Positions 13,201 through 23,573 of a stretch of DNA of 64,000 bases are shown in pieces. The notes beneath the pieces were generated by a model. It was given only the letters and a program-made list of their open reading frames with translations, made no database searches and was not told where the DNA came from. The position numbers were made by a program, and so were the translations under genes. The stretch is from Lenisia limosa. Taxonomy: Eukaryota > Protista > Breviatea. The stretch covers positions 60,316 to 124,315 of the forward strand of contig LPNZ01006811.1 in assembly GCA_001655205.1 (NCBI GenBank), given 5' to 3'. Within the stretch, counting starts at the first letter, position 1. Every line of letters starts with the position of its first letter.

Positions 13201-14145
13201 TTTATAAACGGGAAACAGCGCAGTGGATCCCTCTTACCACCAACAATGTAGCTCCAAATGGCCAAAAATAGACTTACAAGCGAGGGAAACATGAACACTG
13301 CAATATCGGTTGTGGTTACTGCCCAGTTTGGAGGGTATAAGTTATAGGAGAAGATGTTTGCCTGAACAATAAATATACTAAATAAAAAGAAGACAACTAT
13401 GAAGAAGACATTATGAGCCTACAGTAAGTGGATACGCCATTCGGAAGTTCAAATTCCATACACCCTTCAAAAGGTCCAAAGTTCTTGCCAACCAAATAGC
13501 CAGCAGGTATCCAATGACAACAATTGCAAACAATAAGGTAACTAAAGAATTAGCTTTGATAAAGTAAAATAAAAACACTGTTAATCCATTAGACCCACTT
13601 CGACGGAGAAAAGACTCTGTCTGTAAAAATTAAACAACGAATAGGAGGAATAAAGAAACCAACCTGATTGCTTGTTGTGTAGTTTGGAAGGAAGAATGAG
13701 AAATGCAGTTGAAGCATGATGGCCATCGATATTCCAAAAACAACAACAGCCGCAAAGAAGTAAATCACCACTGTATAGAAACGCCAAATTCGTCCCATTC
13801 TACAGAAGTGATTCTGACACTCGCCACAACGTACACGGAGTTGAGTAGGAGCGAGTTTGATGCATTTGATGGCTAAATTGTCAGTCAAGTAATGTGAGAG
13901 ATACAAAGAAAAGAAACAGTACCTGTGGAGGCGGAGGTACAATGTCAGTATACAACGAATCCATTACAGACCCGGCAGGTGCTTCAATAGTGGCGCCAGA
14001 AACTGCGTCGTCAACGGTCTTAAATTACAGTTGCAACTAGATATCAAGTGGACCTACCATCCTGAACATCCAGGTGATGTGCAGATGGATAGAGTTGTGG
14101 GGGCGATGGCCGACTGACCAGAAGAGGACTATTTTCTCCCGTCAT
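10223..14145 (-). CDS. Multi-pass transmembrane class 3 lipase (start uncertain, 14060-14750)
   Basis: Nucleophile elbow FIITGHSLGGA (~10729-10746), LTVIAVRGTSAMADW (~11060-11090), YEICHADWYGLSVVDLGFFSKLSYYD, and many hydrophobic exons at 11500-13800. Confidence 0.85.
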
Positions 14146-14833
14146 CCCTGTTGCGTGATGAGTGTGCTGATTCAATAAGGACTAACGGACCTAGAAGAAT
14201 ACAAGCAATACCTTTTCACGATACAAATTATAACTTGGTTAAAAATATAAACAACAACCGGTGAACCAAGGTATAAGTTGTTGAACAAGTAAAGTTCGAC
14301 TAGGCGAAGAAGACAAAGGTAAGGAAACAGTTTACGTGGTATTAGATCATCAAAACATGGACAAAAACAGAAAAGCATCTTGAATCTTACCAAGATAACC
14401 CGAGGCAGCCTATCGCAAGCTGGAAATGCCCCCCAAAAAATGAGATACTGCAGGAATGTCGGTGTTTGGATCTTTACTATTTATTTCTATTTATTTTCAG
14501 CTTTTGCTACTCTTGTTCGCTCGTTGCTTTTCTTTAATTTTTTTGTGGTTGCTCCAAGATCTGTTTGATCTTATGTTTACATCAGGAAAAATGAGATTTG
14601 AGATTGAACAACTGGATAACGTGAGGCTGGTAGGCGGGATATGGGCATTTAATAATTATATATGTGGTGCAGAACACCAGAAACATTTTGAGTTGGAAGT
14701 ATCACAGCAATTATCTCGCCACTACCCACCTCTAAAGGCATATTCTTGATAAATGACACACATACTGATGTATTATTTAAAATTTCGTAGTGATTTACCG
14801 ATATTTACCATCGGTCTACTTTGCCTCTTCAAT

Positions 14834-17365
14834 ATGACAAGCACAATCCTGTCCTCCCTGCTTGGGACTGCCACATTACGTGCATTCCTCAAAAGAAGTG
14901 TCTCAGTTCTCAATGTAGTCAATTCCTTGGGCCTCAAGTCTGTTGCCCCTGTTCCAGTTCTTCCAAGTTTGCTGGTTACGAATTTGGTAATACTGTGTGT
15001 TGCATTTTTATAGTTCAGGAGAAAGATTTATTATTCATGAATGTGATCTCTGCCGATTAACATCCGAACCTAAGGAGCCAATAGTTGTCTTAGTGGTTGG
15101 AGGGGAGGGGGGGCAATTGTGTATCCGAGTCCCCTTGTTTTTGTTTTTGGATTCCTGTGAGGCCATATGTCTTAATTTTCAATCATATGATTGGTTTTGC
15201 NNNNNNNNNNNNNNNNNNNNNNNNNNNNNNNNNNNNNNNNNNNNNNNNNNNNNNNNNNNNNNNNNNNNNNNNNNNNNNNNNNNNNNNNNNNNNNNNNNNN
15301 NNNNNTCCGTGAGTACGGTATTAGCATCCATCACACTCCAAGTGAGTCAATTCAGGATTTGCTTACAACGGATCTGCTTTTGAATACTCTAACTGGACTA
15401 GAGCACTGCACCCAAAGATGTCTGTTTTGTTCCAATCATTTCTTGTTCTGAGGCTGAATGGAGAATTAAGACTGAGGTTGGCTTATTTCACATCATTAAT
15501 TGGATTCCAAAAATGTTCATAACTAATAAACTAAAACCTTCAGTCTTCGTTTTTGTTCTCTGCAATCGGTATCTCAAGGGATGACCTTCTTTTCAAGGAT
15601 TCTGTTGGAGTAAAAACACTTCTTCAAAAGTNNNNNNNNNNNNNNNNNNNNNNNNNNNNNNNNNNNNNNNNNNNNNNNNNNNNNNNNNNNNNNNNNNNNN
15701 NNNNNNNNNNNNNNNNNNNNNNNNNNNNNNNNNNNNNNNNNNNNNNNNNNNNNNNNNNNNNNNNNNNNNNNNNNNNNNNNNNNNNNNNNNNNNNNNNNNN
15801 NNNNNNNNNNNNNNNNNNNNNNNAAAATCATACTGTATAGCTATATCATATGAATTGAGAAATATGGAATAAAAAAGTTAGTAGCAGACCAGACCCTCCG
15901 TTATTATTCTATTAATAATAGAATTCACCAATCATTTGCATACAGCTGTTGCGGCATTTTATTTCTTAGGATCCCATGAAGATGTTCCTATCAGAGAAAT
16001 TTACAGTTTGATGGCTCTTTTGGAAAAAAAATTGTATCTTGTACCAATCCACCTCTGATTGAAATATTTGAGTATTTATGAACCGAAGCACAGTTCACCA
16101 TTCTATTGAGGGGAAGAAATAGTGTTTCATACATTTCCTATTTACATCCCCCTTCCCCTCGTGTTTTGTTAGCCAACAGAGTTGATTTGGGCTTTTCTTT
16201 GCTTCATAAATTTTCTATTAACCCCCAAAGCAAGCGGCTCAGCAGTGACAGTCATTTTGGACCTGTTTTTGGGAAACACACCACAGTCCCCTCCAGGCAC
16301 TCCACCTATTGAAATCCAGCCTCTCCAGCAGCCAGTCACCAAAACTGATTACGGTAGTCTACGGGAGAAGTATCCAGTGTCACATTTTAGGACTTGGATT
16401 GTTAATAGCTGCTACAATTCTTATCGACACTGCTGGGCTTCGGGTAATGAGAGGCCGTGTAACACCGACTGATCTCCGTGCACTTGAGGCCATTTGTGAT
16501 GTAGGGGCGGGGGAACGCTTTCCATGTTGATGTTGGAATGATAATATTGAATATTTGATAAAAGGGAGTTTGGAATCGGGTGATATGTTTAATCTAAACC
16601 TTTCAGAAAATATAATAAACAATATGTAGGCACTTATATTTGACCATTTTAGGAAACAGGATTTAATGAAGACAACCTTTGTGGTATTTACTATACTGCT
16701 TCAGAAGCCAAAGTGAACATGGATGGTAAGTCTTTGATCCTGTTAATTCTTCAGGATTTTCTGCGTTGGATATGCTAAAAAAAGATTTCAAGTCATTTCA
16801 GGCCGGAATTAATAAGGTAATTATTTTCTGGCGCACTATTAACTTTCAAGATTGGTATTTCGTCACTCCCGTTAAACCTTAATCGGTTTATTGCTCTTGA
16901 AGACTGTCATCAGGTATTCTCATTCTATCGTCATATACATACCTCTAACGAATCAAAGGCCTGTTTGGACATTAGCAAGGAGAACCACCTGAATCTGTTC
17001 GCAATTATGACAGCTTACAAAAGAAAAGGAATTGTATGCATATTTTGGGGTAGTACCCTTGGTTTACAGATAACATCTGCAGTTTCAAAGGGAGCTTGCC
17101 TTATCTTCCGCCCCCTCTCACATGCTTGAAGTTCTTGAGGACCTAAAGCTTCGTCCCATTGATTCCGATCTCAAAGGTTAGCGTACCATACCACAAGCGG
17201 AATTCAAAACGATATCTCTCACATCTAAGGCCTGTATGTATTCGATCAACGAAACGTTCTGTTGTCTCGCAAGCAGGTGGCACCCCTTCTCATTTCCTTC
17301 ATGGAAACCAATCCTCGTGCTTCTCCCGCTCCACCATCCCCAACTCCAAAAAAGTTGTGCCATAG
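14834..17365 (+). CDS. PPX1: Exopolyphosphatase, prune/PPX1 family (DHH + DHHA2)
   Basis: Exons FVPIISCSEAEWRIKTE, ISRDDLLFKDS, ASGSAVTVILD, GLLIAATILIDTAGL, FSALDMLKKDFKSF and C-terminal FDQRNVLLSRKQVAPLL match remembered yeast Ppx1/prune motifs. The DHH motifs themselves were not located and may lie in the N-gaps. Confidence 0.85.
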
Positions 17366-17694
17366 ATATTCAAGCTCTCTAGTGTAGTACTTTTTACTGT
17401 CTTTATTTGTTTACTTTTCTCTGTTTATTTTTCTCAATATCGTTATGGTTTGTATTTTTTTTTTTTTTCACTGTACAATAAAATATTTCCTCCACAGATA
17501 ACGGGTCTTCATACATATACTGTGTTGTATACTGGGAATGTTGTCACGGATGAGAAGGATGTTATCAAACCTTTAGTTCATAAATAATATGAAATAAAGT
17601 CACATCAAAAAGCAACATAATGACAATCCACAAAAAGGGAAACTCCAGAGTAATTAGAGACACCATTTGGACTCAAATCACACATACAGCCAAC

Positions 17695-17998
17695 TTAATT
17701 CTCAATGGGCTTCACATTACGCTGACAACAGAGCATAGTAAGGCCAATAACAACCTAATTGGTCAAAGATATTCATTCGGAAGGTTGCAACTTTGAAGAA
17801 AATGCCCCAAAGGACAAACCATTGAGGCTGAGCCGATTTGAATGGCAAGTTTATGATCATCAGTCAACCCATATGTGTCATCTAGTGGAATAAGCCTTCA
17901 GATATCAACAGAGATCAAACAATACCTTCAGCTGTGACAAAAGTGACCAGCATAGCCATGAAGAAGATAAAAAAAGAAGAGGTAAACGAGGATTGCAT
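17695..17998 (-). CDS. Small (~64 aa) type I membrane microprotein
   Basis: Three phase-consistent exons give MQSSFTSSFFIFFMAMLVTFVTAEDDTYGLTDDHKLAIQIGSASMVVIGLTMLCCQRNVKPIEN*: signal peptide, short acidic ectodomain, TM, CC, short tail. Confidence 0.55.
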
Positions 17999-18284
17999 AT
18001 TTAACAGTGAAACGAGTGTGCAAGAACGAGTGAAACCAAAAAAAATATTAAAAAATATTTACTGGGGTTGGGTACTGACTGCCATATGTCTACCGTCTAC
18101 AAAGAAAGAAAAGAGTTCCCGGTACGCACCAGGTATTTCTTTCAAATCTCCCCATGATAAACACCGAAAATTTTCGATAAAATCATCTCGGTGTAGGAGT
18201 TTTTGAACAGGACACACAGAGCAAGACCTACTTCCCCCACAATCCCACATTCAACTTGCCCACAACTGCCCCTCCATCAGCATC

Positions 18285-18718
18285 ATGAGCACTGTTAATC
18301 ATGTTGAAGAGCTCAAACGCTTTGTAGTGAAGTACGAAAATGGAGGTAAGCTCCCTTTAATGATAAATTGGAATTGCAACAGATCCTCCTCGAAATGCTC
18401 TTGTTGTAACTTTCACCTTTGTTTTTTTCTCGTTTTCTGACACACATCAGACGAAGGATTTCTTGAATACAAGAACATTGATGGAACTCTTGACCTGTTC
18501 AAGACCTTTATTCCTGAGAGCCAACGAGGAAAAGGACAGGCGGAAGTTCTGACAAGAGTTAGGGGGGGTTTTATCCTCTCTTTCAATGTTCTCTGATAAT
18601 ACAGGCTGCCTGTGAGTATGTCAGAGACCAAGACTTGAAAATGATTCCCACTTGTTCTTATATCGAGAAGAAATTCCTGATCAATAACCCCGAGTTTGCT
18701 GCCTTTGTCAAGGTGTAA
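18285..18718 (+). CDS. NATD1: NATD1/YjdJ-type small GNAT acetyltransferase-domain protein
   Basis: Three exons: MSTVNHVEELKRFVVKYENGDEGFLEYKNIDGTLDLFKTFIPESQRGKGQAEVLTRAACEYVRDQDLKMIPTCSYIEKKFLINNPEFAAFVKV*. Contains the family RGKG.A and IPTCSY motifs. Confidence 0.9.
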
Positions 18719-18917
18719 AGGAGTAATGTGCCTCCGATGTGATGATGCAAAAAAAAAAAAAAATANNNNNNNNNNNNNNNNNNNNNNNNNNNNNNNNNNN
18801 NNNNNNNNNNNNNNNNNNNNNNNNNNNNNCCAAACGTCCATCATACACACATAACAAAGTTACAGACGACATATCATATAGTATTACACATCCGATACAG
18901 AATTAAACCTATAGTAT

Positions 18918-21900
18918 TTACTCCTTTCTCGCCTTCTTTGCCGTGCATTTGGCAAGAACAGCAGCAATGGCAGGGTCGTCTGGGTCAGGGGGGCCTCCAG
19001 CCTAAGTGAATGAGAAGCCGTACCAAAATAGGTGACTACCTTTCTGGCTCTACTGACAGCGGCGTCACGCTCAACATCAGACGTGGCAGCCTCTAGCTCG
19101 GATGCAAGTGTCTTGTACACCTGTACAATGGTCACTATGTTGCCTTTTGGTTCACATATTGTTTCTCCACAAACCTCTACATTTCTGGTAATTGCCACAG
19201 ATATTGGTGCAAGTTTGGGAAGCATGCGTGGGAGCATCTTGAAGAACGGCTGGGCAATGATTTCAAGGAAAGAAATGTTGAAGCGAGCTCTTTCAAGGGG
19301 TGTTTTTGATCGGACCTAAAATGTAAAAAAAAAAAAAAAAAAAAAANNNNNNNNNNNNNNNNNNNNNNNNNNNNNNNNNNNNNNNNNNNNNNNNNNNNNN
19401 NNNNNNNNNNNNNNNNNNNNNNNNNNNNNNNNNNNNNGCAGTAGGAGGGAGTCCTTGTGCAACCTCCGCATCCGCCTGGTGGTCCAATTCATCACACAAT
19501 CTAAATATGTTCACAAAAATCTCTTCTTAAAGAATCATATACCAAAACACCAACCTATCAACCCATGTGCAGGAGACCTTGTAGGACTTATAAACATTGC
19601 TTATGTCCGCAGCGTGAAGGAGGAGCTAAATATAGGTTATTCAATCTGGAGGGAAAGAGAGAGAGGGGGGGGGGTAGCAAATGAGAAATGAGGGAGTGTG
19701 TTGTATCTTATGATCCTCTTTCCTCAGAAACACAACACATAAGTATGTTTAATACAAATAAAAGATGATATAACAAACAGATCTCCCACTTGAAGAAGCA
19801 GTTTGTGGTTTGAAGGAGAAGACGGGCCCCACTCGCAGCTCCCGCCATCAAGAACACTTGATAACTGAAAGTGAGAATCCACACCACGTATAGCGAAGCC
19901 ACCCCCAAGACAAGTTCTTACCTTGGAAACCAATTCGAAATGGTTCTGCATATCAGTATGGAGAATAGTGTCAATGATCACCTGAATGTCAGAAAACTAG
20001 ATCTTCGGACACAAACTCTTCGGAACGACTTGAGATTGTCAGGAGAAAGGCTTTGAAGTAACGGCTTAGCACCCTCTGAGTTGAGAAGTTGGAAGCAAAG
20101 CGCCTATACGATTAGATGAGAAAAAATTAGCTGGTTCCTACCGCGTGGTAGTTCTCAAGGACACTTTGGTCATTGTAGGTCTGTGACAGTGGTGTTGAAG
20201 CATTTACCTGAAGCCATCACAATTCTTGTAAAATATTGGAAAATATGACATTGAAGCAAACCTGGTACGTATTGTTCAAGCCATGGTGGTCCAAATCGTG
20301 ACATACAGCAGCCACCATGAGGCCATATACTTCAATCTTAGAAAGGTGGCAAATAGCACCGCCCTAAACTCGTGAGAAACTAAACCCGTGGTGCTAATTT
20401 CAGAAACCCCAACATATCATATGTTTGATATCCTGATCCCAAGAAATGTAATTAATATGATATGATATATTATAACCACAGCTTTTGATGTACCACCTGA
20501 TTAACTCCCAAATACCTTCTTAAGATAAAGGTAAATAGTCTGAGTTACATCACAGGCGTGGACGAAGTTGTGGTACGGGTTTGCGTTGTAGTTCTAAATC
20601 TATCAGTGCAGGGCAAAATAGTTACAAACAGAAAAACTGGGGAGGGAGGATGTAACTACACAAGCATGTATTTTTGACTGGTGTCACATCTTCAAATAAA
20701 GATAAAACAAAATTTATTGGTACATAAGAAAGCGTTTTGTGTTTGGGTTTCTGTTAAAGACCAAAAGACTCCAATAGCCACCTGAGAAACTTCCCAAAGG
20801 AACTTGCGAAGAGCTTCAATAGGGATATCGAAAGCCTCAACAAGGCCAAGGTCAACAAACATATCTTCCTAACAAGGTAAGGAAGAAACAGAACATGATA
20901 AGCAATGAAAATAGCCTACCAGAAAAGAAAAGAGCTGATCAAGAGAATAGTCCCATACATCGAAGTCCCAAGAAGACAATGCTGAAAGGTGACGAGAGGT
21001 TGTGGTCTCGAGTCATAGTATAGATTGTAATAAAACCACTTCTCCTCACTATGAAGAATAGCATGCTCATTCGCGGACGGAGACGACAAGCTAAAAGGTT
21101 ACAACTAAAATTCTTGATACAGATTTAGTAATGTCAACTGGTTCGCCCAAATAATACTATAATCCAATATATCTGATAAGCATGATAATATGGACGGCTT
21201 GGTAAAATACTATCTTGGCTTTTCTTCTTGATTCGTCCAACCTGTGGTGCGCAAGGAAACGTCCGTCAATGACTCCCTTACTGTAGTTCTCAAGAAGCCA
21301 AAGCTGCAATGTCAACACAACCACAACCTTTGCTGAAAAGGCAATTAACCCTGTTTATGATTATCACTATGACCTCACGTACTTTGGCCGAGTTTTGAAG
21401 TGAGGCCACGGCACGGTCAGGGTTGTTCGCATCCGAGGCGACGGGCGTCAACAAGTTGGCTCTGATAGCAGCAAGCTCTGAACGCTCAACTGTAGAATCC
21501 TGTTTGCATGTCAAGATACGACACTCCAACTTTAAAGAAAACAGAAAAGATTATATAATTCCCACATCGGTCAACATTGGGACTAAGACGTCACTTGCAT
21601 GCAGCTGTTTGAGAGCCTCTTGTACCAGAGATGCTGCCTCGTCATTATCTTCGCGTGGACGTTTTCCTCCTGGATAATTACGACAATAATTAAAATGCCA
21701 TTTATAAATGCTAGTTCATACCGGGGTTGGGTTTAAGCAGGGGAAGAGCTTTGGCCAGTTTGCTGATGGCAATCTAGTGAAGGTAAGACATGGGCCTTAA
21801 GTCCCAGCGACTTGATTTTCTGAAGGACAGCGAAGTCAGACCCCACACATTACCTGAAGAGGAGTATGAAGGTTCATCGGGTCACCATCACTTGAAGGGG

Positions 21901-22004
21901 AGGGGCTTGGAGAGGGGCTTGTCCTAGGGACTTCCACTTTGAGCTTCTATATTTCATTAATTTAACAAAAAAATCAAGAAACCAACGAGTGAGGAGCTCT
22001 CCAT
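18918..22004 (-). CDS. Class I 3',5'-cyclic nucleotide phosphodiesterase (PDEase_I)
   Basis: [14 protein letters not shown] (~20560-20600), [15 protein letters not shown] (~20270-20320), VLENYHA, and [19 protein letters not shown]. No regulatory domain was recognised in the Ser/Pro-rich N-terminus. Confidence 0.93.
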
Positions 22005-22370
22005 GGTGACCACTCAGTTATTTGTTCAGAAAAGAAATCTTACGATTTTTATGGTCTTTATATGTCTCTGTTTTCTCAACAACGAGTGTGATGTCAAGTC
22101 AAATGTTTTCAAAGCTTTTTTGTGTTTGTTTAGTTTTTGGCCTAAATACAAAAATTATCTGGGAGAACATTTAACCCTTCTCTAAANNNNNNNNNNNNNN
22201 NNNNNNNNNNNNNNNNNNNNNNNNNNNNNNNNNNNNNNNNNNNNNNNNNNNNNNNNNNNNNNNNNNNNNNNNNNNNNNNNNNNNNNNNNNNNNNNNNNNN
22301 NNNNNNTAACGACAACAAATAAACACTCACCACCACCCACCCAAACACAATACAACAGCATCAAGCGAGA

Positions 22371-23391
22371 ATGTTCTCGACCTTCTTCATAGTGCTTTCT
22401 TTCGCTTCACTCCTCCATGGTATTGCTGGATTCCAAGGTTCACGCTCCATTGATGATGAACTAAAGTGAGCGAACATATGTATTGTTTATTGTTGCATAG
22501 GTTTCTTGTTTTATTATGATTCCACTAACCAAGATATGAGATTCATTATGACGTTGATGACTCTGTATTTCCAGCAGTTGTCAAGGCTGATGTTACTGTT
22601 AATGGTGGGTAAAAAGAATCGTTGGAGGAGATTAAAGAGGGACTTGTAGAGTTTCACTTACAAGGTAACACCCCCCATTTGACCCATCTGAGACCAAATA
22701 TGCCCGTGTTCTTCAACTCCACTGAAGACTGGATGAAGAAAGCTTCTGTGGGTTATTTATTTTTTTGTTTTGATTCTGTTTTACACTATAGCTCACCTTC
22801 ATCCCTGGTGCGACTGAAGATTCTATCAGCAAAATCCAGTGTAAGTGTTCTAAGGCGGGGGAGACAATAACCTATTAGGTGATATTGCCAGTGAAGTTGA
22901 GAAGTTCCCTATTCATAACAAATTGACCGTTGTTGATTGGCCCGAATTTAAATCCGAGAAAGGTCAGTGCCATGTATGGAAAGCATGGTAGCACCGTAAC
23001 ATACGAATTGAAACCTAACTTATCAGCTGTGTATCCTGATGGACTTGCTCTGTTTTTGAGTGGAGTGCAAAATGGGACCAGGTGCTTGGTCAATTTCGAA
23101 GGTTAGTACAGAGTTCACAACCGCCATTTAACATCCTAGGCTACGAAGCAACTACACAGGAGTTGATTTTTGCTGGCTCTCTTTCAGAAGAGTCCAAGAA
23201 ATTTGACCTCTATTCCATGCTTGGTTTGCTGAAGTATTCATGAGAACACGTAATATTGAACCAAAATGGAATTTTTGGATCTCTTCTCGTGGATTGTAAC
23301 ATCTGCAGAGTCTCTGACTGTCTTTGATGGGTCTCTGAAGATGGTAAATGCTGGTGGAGACAGAAAACGTATTATTGCTGACTACGTGTAA
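22371..23391 (+). CDS. Uncharacterised secreted protein
   Basis: Signal peptide MFSTFFIVLSFASLLHGIAG followed by about ten phase-consistent short exons ending ...NAGGDRKRIIADYV*. No TM segment or known domain. Confidence 0.7.
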
Positions 23392-23573
23392 GCGGGATAA
23401 TCATTTGTGTGGCAAAAGGAACCACTCTAATGTATTCAGAATGGAGGCAGGAGGAGAGTGGTCTGGTACAACTGAGACGATTGATTTCTTCTTTTGTGTT
23501 TAAAACAGGAAGATATTGATATTAAATGTATTGTACCTTTTTTTTTTTTTTTTCACAAAATGCAAAGTCAAAT

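Noticed and set aside
14753-15013. Open antisense frame (ITKFVTSKLGRTG...) as a lipase 5' exon
   Set aside because: The plus-strand frame leads into recognisable exopolyphosphatase exons, so the antisense frame is a mirror ORF.
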